Shown in pieces: positions 10,422 through 21,126 of a stretch of DNA of 64,000 nt; within the stretch, counting starts at the first letter, position 1, and every line of letters begins with the position of its first letter. The stretch is taken from NCBI GenBank assembly GCA_963783385.1, contig CAWANJ010000006.1, positions 160,001 through 224,000 of the forward strand, in the 5' to 3' direction. Position numbers and translations under genes: made by a program. Source of the stretch: an uncultured Gemmatimonadales bacterium. GTDB lineage: Bacteria > Gemmatimonadota > Gemmatimonadetes > Palauibacterales > Palauibacteraceae. Under the pieces are notes generated by a model that was not told where the DNA came from, made no database searches, and saw only the letters and a list, made by a program, of their open reading frames with translations.

Positions 10422-12130
10422 ATGACGCCCGTTCGCACGTGGTCCGTACGCCGCGCTCCGCTCCTCGTCGCCGCGGGGCTCACCGCCCTGGGCGGCTCGA
10501 GTCCGGCCGCGGCCCAGAGCCCGACGCTCAGCGCCCCCGGCCTCGGTACCCTGACCATGCCGACCTCGGCTCGCTCGGACTCCGCGCAGCGCGCCTTCCT
10601 GCGGGGCGTCCTCCTCCTGCACCTGTTCGAGTATCAGCGGGCCGAAGCCGCGTTCCGCGCGGCCGAGGCGGCCGAGCCCGGCTTCGCCATGGCCACCTGG
10701 GGCGAGGCCATGACCCACACGCATCCGGTGTGGAACCGGCAGGACGTCGCGGCCGGCCGCGCGGCTCTCGCCCGGCTTGCGGCGACACCGGCCGCGCGGG
10801 CCGCGAAGGCTCCCACGCCGAGGGAGAAGGCCTACCTCGCCGCGGTGGAGATCCTGTACGGGACGGGGCTCAAGGCACGCCGAGACACGCTGTACTCGGA
10901 GGCGATGGGCCGCCTGGCGCGCGCGTATCCCGGTGACGACCAGGCCCACCTGTTCTATCGCCCTCTCGCTGCTGGGACTGAGCCAGGGGGTGCGGGTCGT
11001 CCCCACCTACCTCCGGGCCGCCGCCATCGCCGAGAGCGCCCTGGCGCGCGAGCCGCACAATCCGGGCGCCGCCCACTACCTGATCCACGCGGTCGACGAC
11101 CCGGAGCACGCCGCGCGGGGCCTGCCCGCCGCCCGTGCCCTGCTGGCCGAGGCGACCGACGCCGGCCACGGCGAGCACATGGCCTCGCACATCTTCATGG
11201 CCCTGGGCATGTGGGACGACGTGGTGGCGGCCAACGAGACCGCCGTGGGGGTCGTCGACCGAGCGGCTGGCCGCAGCGGGCCGGCCTGCGCTCGTCTGCG
11301 GCCACTACCCGAGCTGGCTCGAGTACGGCTACCTGGAGCAGGGACGGATCGGGAAGGCCCGGGCCGTGCTTCACGCCTGCTACCAGCGGGCCATGAGCGC
11401 CGCGAAGCGCTCCGGCTCGAGCGACCCCGACAACTCCGTGGTCGGCTCCTACGCGATGATGCGGTCCCGCTTCCTGGTGGACGTGGCCGGAACGGGCGCC
11501 GAGGTCGGCGGCCTGGACGGTGGACCCGGGCTCGAACACGTTCGCCGCGCTCACCGACGCGTTCGTGAGCGGGACTGGAGGCGGCGCGGAGCGGGGACGA
11601 CCCGGGGCTCCACGCCGCTCGCGCGTCCTACGACAGCCTCGCGCAGCGAGCTCGCGGCCCGAGCCGCGTCGGAGGGCTGGTCCGACCCCGGAGCTGACGG
11701 AGTTCGAGAAGCGCGTTCGGACGCTGGGACTCGAGCTCCGGGGCCTGGAGCGGAGGGCGGCCGGAGACGACGCCGGCGCCGTGGCGGACCTCGAGAGGGC
11801 GACGGCCACCGAGGACTCCATGGCGTTCGCCTTCGGCCCGCCGTTCGTCGACCAGCCGGCGCACGAGCTCCTGGGCGAGGTGCTGCTGGCGGCGCACCGG
11901 CCCTCCCGTGCCGCCGAGCGAGTTCCGCAGCGCCCTGCGGCACGCGCCGCGTCGGACGCGATCCCTCCTGGGGCTGGCCCGGGCCTCCGAGGCCGCGGGA
12001 GACACCGTGGCCGCTGCGCGGAGCCTACCGTGAGCTGGCGGCCATCTGGCACGCGGCGGACGCGGACCTCCCGGGGCTGGTGGAGGCGCGATCTCGGGCG
12101 CCGGCCGGGAGCGCCGGCGCTGGACACTAG
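10422..12130 (+). CDS. Secreted TPR-repeat protein (frameshifted)
   Basis: Signal peptide; FLRGVLLLHLFEY, FAMATWGEAM, HNPGAAHYLIH, HMASHIF, AIWHAADADLP. Confidence 0.75.
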
Positions 12131-12248
12131 AGGCGCCGCCGGCGGCGGCTCCGGATCGGGAGGCTGAAGGAGCGCTCTCCCGATCGTCCGGCGGCGGGCG
12201 CTGGCGGCCCCTAGCCTCGCCCCGGGACTCCTCCCCACATTGGCGATC

Positions 12249-14249
12249 ATGAATACGCTACGGAGCATCTCGGCCGCCGTCTGCCTGGCGCTCCTGGGCG
12301 CCGCGACGGCATCCGCCCAGGAGGCGGACAGCACCTTCATCCGGCAGAACTACGTCAAGCACGAGTACCGCATCCCGATGCGGGACGGCGTGAAGCTGTT
12401 CACCATCGTGTACGTGCCCAGGGACGCGTCCCCGACGCACACCTACCCGATGGTGATGGAGCGTACCTGCTATTCGATCCGACCCTACGGCCCGGACGCC
12501 TACCCGAGCCGGCTGGGACCCGACCGGTTCATGATGCGGGACAAGTACATCTTCGTGTACCAGGACGTGCGCGGGCGCTACATGTCCGAGGGCACCTTCG
12601 TGAACGTGCGCCCCTTCGTCCCCGACTCCATCAAGGCGAAGAACCCGAAGGCCGTCGACGAGGCGTCGGACACCTACGACACCATCGCCTGGCTGCTGAA
12701 GAACGTACCCTACAACAACGGGCTCGTGGGACAGTGGGGGATCAGCTACCCCGGCTTCTACACGACCATGGGGGCGCTGTCGGGGCATCCGGCCCTGGTC
12801 GCCGCCTCGCCGCAGGCGCCGGTCACGAACTTCTACTTCGAGGACTTCCACCACAACGGCGCCCTGACGCAGGGCTACTTCTACACCTACCCGGTGTTCG
12901 GCGTCCAGCACCCCCACCCGACCACCGAGAACTGGTGGATGCCCGAGATGCAGCACGTGCTGGGCACCGAGGGGCAGCAGGGTCGAGGGTTCTTCGGAGG
13001 GGCCCGGAAGATCCAGGGGCTGCCCGACGACTACGACTACCAGCTCAGCCTCGGGCCGCTCCGCAACACGACCGAGAAGTTCTACAAGAACAACTTCTTC
13101 TGGGAGGAGATCGTCCACCATCCCGACTACGACGCCTTCTGGAAGGCGCGCGCCGTCGGCCCGGACATCGTCGAGCACATGAAGACCGGCGCGCCCATGC
13201 CGGCCATGATGGAGGTGGGAGGCTGGTTCGACGCCGAGGACCTGTACGGTCCGCTCCAGGTCCACCGCATGGTCCAGTCGCAGGACCCCCAGCGCTTCAA
13301 CGGACTCGTGTACGGGCCGTTCCGCCACGGCGGCTGGTCCGCGCAGGGCGTCGTTCACACCGTGCACGGCGACATCTACTTCGGCGACTCGCTCGAGACG
13401 AAGTTCCAGCGCGACGTCGAGGCGAAGTTCTTCCACCACTTCCTGAAGGACGGCGGCAAGGGACCGGTGGGGCTGGCCCAGGCCCACATGTTCGACACCG
13501 GCAAGAAGGTGTGGGACAACTTCGAGACCTGGCCCCCCGCGGCCGCCACCAAGCGCTCGCTCTACCTGGACCCGCACGGCTCCCTGTCCTTCGAGCCGCC
13601 CCGGGGCGGCCCGGCCTACTCGGAGTACGTGAGCGATCCCGAGGAGCCCGAGGCGAGCCGCTGCCGGCCGCCGACGATCCAGGGCCTCACCATGTACCAG
13701 TACATGAGCGACGACCAGCGCTGCTTCGACAACGACCGCGGCGTGGTTACCTTCGAGACGCCGCCGCTGGACCACGACGTGACCCTGGCCGGGCCCATCG
13801 AGGTGCACCTGTTCGCGAGCACGTCGACGGACGCCTCGGACTACGTCGTGAAGCTCATCGACGTCTACCCGATGGACGAGCCCGACAGCCCGTACCGGCC
13901 CGACAAGGAAGTGCACTACGCCGGCTACCAGCAGCTGGTGCGCGGCGAGATCATGCGCGGGCGCTACCGGGACGGGTTCGACGACCCGAAGCCGTTCGTG
14001 CCGGGGAAGGTCACGAAGGTCGACTTCCGGCTCCAGGACGTGCTGCAGACGTTCAAGAAGGGGCACCGGATCATGGTGCAGGTGCAGAGCACCTGGTTCC
14101 CGGCCTTCGACCGGAACCCGCAGCACTACGTGCCCAACATCTACGACGCCACGCAGGGCGACTTCGTGAAGGCCACCGAGCGCATCTACCACACGCCCGA
14201 GCAGCCCAGCCGGCTGGACGTGGAGGTGCTGCCGGGCGGGTCTCCGTAG
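12249..14249 (+). CDS. CocE/NonD family hydrolase (alpha-amino acid ester hydrolase / peptidase S15-like)
   Basis: IPMRDGVKL, QDVRGRYMSEG, nucleophile WGISYPG, GWFDAED, C-terminal GHRIMVQVQSTWFP. Confidence 0.93.
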   Translation: MNTLRSISAAVCLALLGAATASAQEADSTFIRQNYVKHEYRIPMRDGVKLFTIVYVPRDASPTHTYPMVMERTCYSIRPYGPDAYPSRLGPDRFMMRDKYIFVYQDVRGRYMSEGTFVNVRPFVPDSIKAKNPKAVDEASDTYDTIAWLLKNVPYNNGLVGQWGISYPGFYTTMGALSGHPALVAASPQAPVTNFYFEDFHHNGALTQGYFYTYPVFGVQHPHPTTENWWMPEMQHVLGTEGQQGRGFFGGARKIQGLPDDYDYQLSLGPLRNTTEKFYKNNFFWEEIVHHPDYDAFWKARAVGPDIVEHMKTGAPMPAMMEVGGWFDAEDLYGPLQVHRMVQSQDPQRFNGLVYGPFRHGGWSAQGVVHTVHGDIYFGDSLETKFQRDVEAKFFHHFLKDGGKGPVGLAQAHMFDTGKKVWDNFETWPPAAATKRSLYLDPHGSLSFEPPRGGPAYSEYVSDPEEPEASRCRPPTIQGLTMYQYMSDDQRCFDNDRGVVTFETPPLDHDVTLAGPIEVHLFASTSTDASDYVVKLIDVYPMDEPDSPYRPDKEVHYAGYQQLVRGEIMRGRYRDGFDDPKPFVPGKVTKVDFRLQDVLQTFKKGHRIMVQVQSTWFPAFDRNPQHYVPNIYDATQGDFVKATERIYHTPEQPSRLDVEVLPGGSP

Positions 14250-14280
14250 TGGAGCGGACGGGGGCGCGACGGCCGGAGGC

Positions 14281-15177
14281 GTGATCCGGACGGCCCCGTC
14301 CGAGACCGCGCCGCTCGGCACGGTCCTGGTCAAGCGACCCGAGGAAGCGTTCGGGAGCGCGGAGCGGATCGAGGCGGAGTGGCGCGACCTGGGCTACGCG
14401 TCGCCGCCCGACTACGAGGCCGCGTGCGCCGAGCACGCGGCCTTCGTCGAGCTGCTCCAGGCCATGGGCGCGCAGCCCACCTACCTGCCGTCCGCCCCGG
14501 ACACCGGGCTCGACTCCCTGTACGCCCGCGACGCGTCCATCGTGGGGCCGCGGGGCGCCATCCTGTGCCGCATGGGCAAGGAGGCGCGGCGCGCCGAGCC
14601 GGAGGCGGAGGCTCGTGCATACTGGATGATGGGCGTCCCCGTCCTCGGCGGGATCGAGGCTCCGGGGACCGTGGAGGGCGGCGATTTCGTGTGGCTCGAC
14701 GAGCGTACCGCGGCCGTGGGACGCGGCTACCGCACCAACGCCGAGGGTATCCGCCAGCTACGCGAGCTCCTGGCCGACGACGTGGACCGCCTGCTCGTCG
14801 TGCCGCTCCCCCACTGGCGAGGACCCGGCGATGTCTTCCACCTCATGTCCATCCTGAGCCCGGTGGACCGCGATCTGGCCGTGGTCTACTCGCCCCTCCT
14901 ACCCGTGCCCTTCCGGGAGGCGCTCCTGGAGCGCGGGGTCGAGCTGGTGGAGGTCCCGGACGAGGAGTTCGACGCGCTCGGCTGCAACGTGCTGGCCGTG
15001 GCTCCGCGCCGGTGCGTCATGGTGGAGGGGTGTCCGGTCACGCGCCGCCGGTTGGAGGCGGCGGGCGCCGAGGTGCGCACGTTCGCCGGCCGCGAGATCT
15101 GCCTCGAGGGGCAGGGAGGACCGACCTGCCTCACGCGGCCTGTGGTACGGAGGACCGAGGGCGGACCGACGGGTTGA
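14281..15177 (+). CDS. Dimethylarginine dimethylaminohydrolase / amidinotransferase family
   Basis: DSLYARD, EGGD, GYRTN, FHL and C-terminal GGPTCLTRP catalytic Cys. Confidence 0.88.
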   Translation: MIRTAPSETAPLGTVLVKRPEEAFGSAERIEAEWRDLGYASPPDYEAACAEHAAFVELLQAMGAQPTYLPSAPDTGLDSLYARDASIVGPRGAILCRMGKEARRAEPEAEARAYWMMGVPVLGGIEAPGTVEGGDFVWLDERTAAVGRGYRTNAEGIRQLRELLADDVDRLLVVPLPHWRGPGDVFHLMSILSPVDRDLAVVYSPLLPVPFREALLERGVELVEVPDEEFDALGCNVLAVAPRRCVMVEGCPVTRRRLEAAGAEVRTFAGREICLEGQGGPTCLTRPVVRRTEGGPTG

Positions 15178-15523
15178 GCCCGGCGCCTCGATCCATTCGG
15201 CGACCGCCTCGCGGCTCCGGGGCCCACGCCGGAGCCGCGACCAGACGCTCAACCGACGACGGCGCAGGATTCGGGGTGAATCCACCGGAATGATTCGATC
15301 AGCCATCCGACGTTCGTAGTCGGTAGATCTTGGGCAGACTTCCTATTGTGACCGCCCGAGTTGTTGATACTACGTTGACGAAGCTATTTAGAATTGCTAC
15401 AGAGGTCTCTGGCCGGCCATGGACCAAGTCTTGTCAGAACTCACTCTGGGCGAGCGACAGGAGAAGCCTACCGAAAGTCCCCACAGGCCCAACATTCCTG
15501 CTACCTCGGAGGCCGTAATCGGA

Positions 15524-15772
15524 TTGCCCGCTCGCAAGTACTCGATTGTGACCGCCGCTTCCCTCCTTGTTGCAGTTCTCCCGATCTCCCTTAGACACGT
15601 GTCGGCCAGCCCCTCAGGCGATAGGGGTGTTCGATCTTGGCATGTCACATGGAGTAGAGCGTGTGCTGAGGGAACGTGTGTCTTCAAATTCTTCTGGGAC
15701 TGCGTGACCCCCAACAACCCATTCCCGCAACCGAATTCATGCGACTATCGAGATCCAGGCTGTTTGCCATAG
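15524..15772 (+). CDS. Secreted Cys-rich micro-protein, paralog 1 (about 82 aa)
   Basis: GGAGG at 15508-15512 and TTG start; signal-like N-terminus; WHVTWSRACAEGTC..WDC..CDYRDPGCLP; clear paralog at 16008. Confidence 0.7.
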   Translation: MPARKYSIVTAASLLVAVLPISLRHVSASPSGDRGVRSWHVTWSRACAEGTCVFKFFWDCVTPNNPFPQPNSCDYRDPGCLP

Positions 15773-16007
15773 GGGCGCAAAACCTCTATGAAGTGCCGGC
15801 ACCCAGATCATGGTGGCAGGTCTCAAGTCGGTTCAAGAGCTACCCCGCTTGTAGTCCGACACGCTCCGCAGGTCGAGGATGTTCCTACGGCGTCCGTTCG
15901 GTCACCCAGCGAGAACCAGTGCGCCGACATGCAGGAAGGCACTGTGCGGTGCGAGGCAACGCTCGATACGCGTGACCGAGTATATTCCCCAATACAAGGA
16001 GGATAGC

Positions 16008-16265
16008 ATGCGCACCAAGAGGCTCCAGATGGTCGCAGCCGTTTCCGCCAGCATGCTGGCCCTCGCCCTGCCCATCCACTTTGGACACGCTGCGTCAGCG
16101 CCGGGCGTGGTCGCAGAGATGACAACCTGGCACATTTCCTGGAGCGAGGCGTGCGCGCAGGGGAGCTGCGCACCCAAGGACAATTGGGACTGCTGGTGAC
16201 CCGGCGCACCCCTTCCCGACCCGAACCACTGCGACCCTTGGGATCCTGGTTGTCTGGATCAGTAG
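16008..16265 (+). CDS. Secreted Cys-rich micro-protein, paralog 2 (in-frame TGA at 16197-16199)
   Basis: AAGGAGG RBS and ATG; WHISWSEACAQGSC..WDCW*PGAPLPDPNHCDPWDPGCLDQ aligns without gaps to paralog 1 across the stop. Confidence 0.72.
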
Positions 16266-16303
16266 CGGATCAAGCTCTGCCCATCGCTCGCATGCCGGCC
16301 GGG

Positions 16304-17578
16304 ATGCATAGTCCATCGCGTGCCGGCGCTGGGCAGGCTGTCCTCACAGCGCTTCTGTTACTTCTGGCCAGCTGTCACGCCGACTCCCGCGAGGCGGTCC
16401 GCTCTCCCGTCACGGACACGAACAACCAGGGAGACTCACCAGCGGCGAGCGCCGAGAGTCCTCCCCAACCGGCCGCTGCGGCATGGCATGTCGACCCGGC
16501 GTCTCGTCTGCGAATTGGACGAGCAGCAGGAGACCCCGAGTATCTGTTCGAACGAGTCAATGGCGTCCAGGTCCTGGAGAATGGGAGAATCGCCATAGCC
16601 GACGCCGGCTCCGAGTCGGTCCGCTTGTTTGACGCTTCCGGGCATTGGGTCGCCACTGCCGGTGGGTTTGGTGGGGGGCCGGGCGAGTATCGCGGACTGA
16701 AGTGGATCGGCGAATGCAGTCCTGACACCCTCTATGCGTACGATGCTGTCAACTGGAGGATTACAGAAATCGACGCCGACGGAGGCGTTGACCACATGTT
16801 CACGCCGGCGCTCCCATCCTCCGATATCCCGCCGCTGCGCGTTGCGTGTGCTCCCGATGGTAATGTGATCCTGATGGGTTGGGGTGGCCTTCGACCGGAC
16901 CACGCGATGATGGCCTGGCGTCCAGACGTTCCGATCGCCGTCGTTGACCAGGACGGCCGGCTCGTCAGGGACATTGGAACCGTCCGTGGCAACGAGCGAT
17001 ACGCCTTCGCTCGCAGCGTTGGTCCCATGCCCCTCGGAAAGTCGACGTTGATCGCGGGAGGTGCAAGCCACGTCTACGTTGGAACAGGTGACAGCTATGA
17101 GATTCGGCAGTACGGTCGTAGGGGCCAGTTCATCAGAACGGTCAGGCTCGGCCGTCGACCTGTTGCCATTACGGACCGCGACATCAATGCGTTCACGGAC
17201 AGTGTACTAGCTCTCACACAGAGCAGCGCCAAGCGAAACATCTGGCGCAAGCAGCTCGAGGAGGTCCGGTTTCCAGCCACTCTCCCGGCCTACGAGTCCC
17301 TGCTGGTCGGGGGAAAGGGCTGCCTGTGGGTCGAGGATTATGCTAGACCGGGAACAGCTTCCGACCGTACATGGTCTGTCTTCGCCCCATCAGGTCGGCT
17401 TGTTGCGACGAGTGCTACTCCACATGGCTTGCAGGTGCTGGATATCGGCCCATCAACCATCGCCGGTGTCACGGCTGATTCTCTAGGAATCCAGCATGTC
17501 GAGGTGCACTCACTGCTTCGTGACTCCCCGCAGGGAGCCGAGGCCTGTGGTGAGACTCAAGCAAGAGGGCCAGCCTGA
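16304..17578 (+). CDS. 6-bladed beta-propeller lipoprotein
   Basis: Lipobox LLASC; GRIAIADAGSESVRLFDASG, GGFGGGPGEY, GCLWVEDY, WSVFAPSGR (NHL/TolB-like blades). Confidence 0.78.
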   Translation: MHSPSRAGAGQAVLTALLLLLASCHADSREAVRSPVTDTNNQGDSPAASAESPPQPAAAAWHVDPASRLRIGRAAGDPEYLFERVNGVQVLENGRIAIADAGSESVRLFDASGHWVATAGGFGGGPGEYRGLKWIGECSPDTLYAYDAVNWRITEIDADGGVDHMFTPALPSSDIPPLRVACAPDGNVILMGWGGLRPDHAMMAWRPDVPIAVVDQDGRLVRDIGTVRGNERYAFARSVGPMPLGKSTLIAGGASHVYVGTGDSYEIRQYGRRGQFIRTVRLGRRPVAITDRDINAFTDSVLALTQSSAKRNIWRKQLEEVRFPATLPAYESLLVGGKGCLWVEDYARPGTASDRTWSVFAPSGRLVATSATPHGLQVLDIGPSTIAGVTADSLGIQHVEVHSLLRDSPQGAEACGETQARGPA

Positions 17579-17635
17579 GGCGAGCGCGCCGGCGGCCGCC
17601 TCGGGGTCGAGCCCCGGGACGGCCCGCTCTCGCGC

Positions 17636-19217
17636 TCAGCCGCCCACGTTGTCCGTGGACTCGATGAACTTCGCCACGTTGTCGTGCAGCTCCTTCAGCG
17701 CCGGAACGTGCGCGTACACCATGTGGCCGGACTGATAGAAGTCGTAGGAGATGTTGTCCTGCAGCCGGCGCTCCATGGGCAGGTGCTTCATCGTGTAGAC
17801 GGCCGCGTAGAAGGGCGTCGCCAGGTCGAAGTAGCCCGAGTTGAGCAGCACCTTCAGCTTCGGGTTCGTCTTCATGGCCTGCGCCAGGTCGAGCATGACG
17901 TTGGTCGCGCCGATGCTGCCGAAGCGCGTCCCGGGCGCCCGGTGCTTGAAGCTCCATCCCTTGGCATACAGGCCGATCTCCGGCCGGTACGACTTGCCCT
18001 TCCCGAAGTCCAGCGTCTTGCGCACGTAGTCGTTGAACAGCGACACGTACGCCGAGCTGATCGCGGAGGCCTGGGGATCGTAGGACGCCTCCTGGCTGAG
18101 GGGATCGATCGTCGGGCCGGCGAAGCGGGTGTCGAGCCGGCCGACGGTCTCCTCGTCCTGGGCGAGCAGGTTCTTGGTGAACTCGCCGCCGTTCACGCGA
18201 AGGTCCGCCTTCATCAGGTAGTCCACCGGAAGGCCGATGTACTGGTGCATCTTCTCGGCGACCGAGCGCAGCGTGGCCGAGTCGAGGGCCGCCCCCTGGT
18301 CGAGCGCCTGCTGGTACGGGCCCATGGCGAAGCTCTCGACCTCCTTCAGGAAGGGCTCGAGCTCGGCCGGCCGGTCGGCAGCGCGTGGTGGTACCAGGCC
18401 GTGGCCGCGTAGGTGGGCAGGGCGAGCTCGTAGGTGAGGTCCATGCCCGGGTTCATCTGCGGACCATCGACGTCCGAGAGGTCGTAGCTCAGGATCTCGG
18501 AGAGGAGGACGACGCCGTTCAGGTCGACGTCCTTGCCGTTCTCGAGGTCGTTGGAGAGCACGGCCGAGCGCGTGGTGCCGTAGCTCTCGCCGAACAGGTA
18601 CTTGGGCGAGTTCCAGCGCCCGTACTCCGACAGGAAGCGGGTGATGAAGTCCGCGAACGCGTGCGCGTCGGCGATCCACGCCGTAGAAGTCCTTGTCGGT
18701 GCCGATCGCCGCCCTGGTCCTTGCCGATGATGCGGCTGAAGCCGGTGCCCATGGCGTCCACGAACACCAGGTCGCTGGCGTCGAGGAGGCTGTAGTCGTT
18801 GTTCACCAGCTTGTAGGGCGCGGCGGCGGTGTGGCTGTGGTCGGCCGTGGTCACCCGGCGCGGCCCGAAGGCGCCCATGTGGAGCCACACGGTCGAGGAG
18901 CCCGGACCGCCGTTGTACAGGAAGGTGACGGGCCGGCTGGCGGGGTCAGCGCCCTGCTTGAAGTAGGCGACGTAGAACATGCTGCCGGTCGGCTTGTCCT
19001 CGTCGTTCTTGAGGATGATGGTCCCGGCGACGGCCCTGTACGAGATCTGCTTGCCCTCGACCGTGACGGTGCCGTGAGTGACGGACTGCTCGGGCTGGAC
19101 CGCCGACTTCCTGGCCGGCGCGCCCGAGTCCGACGGACTCGACTGCGCCACGGAGATGGCGGGCGTGAAGAACGCGCAGGCCGCGAACAGCGCCGCCAGG
19201 GTCGCGAAGCGCCTCAT
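17636..19217 (-). CDS. Peptidase S10 (serine carboxypeptidase), secreted, frameshifted
   Basis: FLYNGGPGSS, DAMGTGFS, GESYG nucleophile, GYFDLATP, SGHMVY. Confidence 0.9.
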
Positions 19218-19528
19218 GGTGACTTCTCCTGTGCTCGATGGAATCGATCGATCGGAACGGCGTCCCCGGTGATGGGGCGGGAGCGTGGCGCGGCACGCCC
19301 GGGGAGCCGGAGGAGGTCCGGCTCTCGGATCGCGTCTGTGGTCGGGACTCGTCGCTGCGACACGCTCATGGTCGGGCGCCACGATAGGACGGGCCTCCAT
19401 CCGGCTGCAACAGGCACCGCCTCCTCCTTGCCCGTGCCCGGCGGGGCACGCGAGGTTGACCGCCGCGTGACCTCCGACGTCGGGGGTGCGCCCGTGACCC
19501 TCGAACCGAAGCCGTACGGAGTGCCCCG

Positions 19529-21016
19529 ATGAGCTCAGCCAGCCCGCTACCCGCCCTTCGATCGCGCGTCACCTCCGGCACCCGGGGCCGATCGGCCGAG
19601 CGCCGACCTCCCTTGGTCACCGTCCTGGCGCTCCTCTGGCTCCTCCCCCTGGCGGCCCCGGCGCCCGCGCGGGCCCAGGCGCGGCCGGGCGCGGATCCGG
19701 CCCTGGCGGGCCGGGTCGACACGATCGCGTCACGGGTCCTGGAGACGACGGGCGTTCCGAGCGCCTCGGTCGCTGTCGTCCGGCACGGGCGCCTGGCGTA
19801 CGTCCACGCGTACGGGTCGGCCCGGCTGGAGCCGCGGACCCCCTCTGCGGCCGACATGCGCTACGCCATCGGTTCGATCAGCAAGCAGTTCGCGGCCTCC
19901 TGCGTCCTCCTCCTGCAGCAGGAAGGGAAGCTCTCCCTGGATGACCCGGTGTCCCGCTTTCTCCCGGACCTGCCCCATGCGGACAGCGTGACCCTGCGCG
20001 AGATCCTCTCCCACACCTCCGGCTACCAGGACTACTGGCCGCAGGACTACGTGCCGCCGGCCATGCTGAAGCCGGTGACGCCGCAGGAGATCCTGGACCG
20101 GTGGGCGAGCAAGCCGCTCGACTTCGCGCCGGGGACGCGCTGGCAGTACAGCAACACCAACTACGTGATCGCGGGCCTCGTCGTGCAGAAGGTCTCCGGG
20201 CTGCCTTTCTTCGAGTTCCTGCGCAGCCGGATCCTGCGGCCCCTCGACCTGGAGAGCGTGGTGAACGTGGACGCGGGACACCTGACCGAATCCGACCCCA
20301 CCGGCTACATGCGCTACGGCCTCGGCCCCCTCCGCCCCGCCCCGAGCACGGGGAAGGGCTGGATCTACGCCATGGGCGAGCTGGCCATGACGCCCCGCGA
20401 CCTGGCCAGGTGGGATGTGTCGCTCATCGACCGGAGCCTCCTGGCACCGGCCTCCTACCGGGAGCTCGAGACGGAAGTGCGGCTGAAGAGCGGGGTGGGC
20501 ACGGGCTACGGCCTGGGCGTCTCGGTGGGCATGCAGAACGGCCACCGGATGATCTCGCACACCGGCGAGGTGTCGGGCTTCACGGCCTCCAACCTCGTGT
20601 TCCCCGACGACAGCGCCGCCGTCGTCGTCCTCACCAACCAGGATGCGGCCAGCGCGGCGGGTCTCATCGCCGGTGGAATCGCGCGGCTCCTGTTTGCCCG
20701 GCAGGACTCGGCGACTCAGGGCCGCCTGGAGCGGGCCCGGCGTATCTTCCGGAGCCTCCAGCGCGGGACCATCGACCGGTCCCAGTTCACTTCGGACGCC
20801 AACGCCTACTTCAGCGACCAGGCGCTCAAGGACTTCGAGTCGAGCCTCGGACCGCTCGGGGAACCTCGCTCCTTTCAGCAGGTGGCCGAGCGAGAGCGGG
20901 GCGGGATGCTGGAGCGCGTGTACCGGGTGACCTTCTCGGACCGGACGCTCCGGGTGTGGACGTACGAGATGCCGGACGGAAGGCTCGAGCAGTACCAGGT
21001 GGCGCCGACGGACTAG
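19529..21016 (+). CDS. Serine hydrolase, beta-lactamase/S12 family
   Basis: SxxK (GSISKQF), LSHTSG, YSNTNY, HTG. Confidence 0.9.
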   Translation: MSSASPLPALRSRVTSGTRGRSAERRPPLVTVLALLWLLPLAAPAPARAQARPGADPALAGRVDTIASRVLETTGVPSASVAVVRHGRLAYVHAYGSARLEPRTPSAADMRYAIGSISKQFAASCVLLLQQEGKLSLDDPVSRFLPDLPHADSVTLREILSHTSGYQDYWPQDYVPPAMLKPVTPQEILDRWASKPLDFAPGTRWQYSNTNYVIAGLVVQKVSGLPFFEFLRSRILRPLDLESVVNVDAGHLTESDPTGYMRYGLGPLRPAPSTGKGWIYAMGELAMTPRDLARWDVSLIDRSLLAPASYRELETEVRLKSGVGTGYGLGVSVGMQNGHRMISHTGEVSGFTASNLVFPDDSAAVVVLTNQDAASAAGLIAGGIARLLFARQDSATQGRLERARRIFRSLQRGTIDRSQFTSDANAYFSDQALKDFESSLGPLGEPRSFQQVAERERGGMLERVYRVTFSDRTLRVWTYEMPDGRLEQYQVAPTD

Positions 21017-21126
21017 TCGCGGGCCGTGCGGCGGAGCGGAGGTGGCGCGACGTAGCCGGTCTGGCGCACCGCCTCCGCGTCCCTCACTGTCAGGACCGAA
21101 CGCCACGTCCATGACAGGAGGAAGCT

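Noticed and set aside
15266-15290. GGGGTGAATCC resembling part of the c-di-AMP (ydaO) riboswitch
   Set aside because: The other conserved elements (GCTGAATCC, GGGGGAAC, CCCGAACCCGTCAGCTAACC) are absent; it is only a short GGATTC/GAATCC inverted repeat
15788-16006. 72-aa ORF between the two Cys-rich peptides as a third paralog
   Set aside because: No signal peptide, no RBS and no shared WSxACA/WDC/DPGC motif
15524-16265. Classical RiPP precursors (lanthipeptide, ranthipeptide, sactipeptide)
   Set aside because: They have Sec-type signals rather than RiPP leaders, and no radical SAM, LanM, YcaO or PCAT genes are nearby
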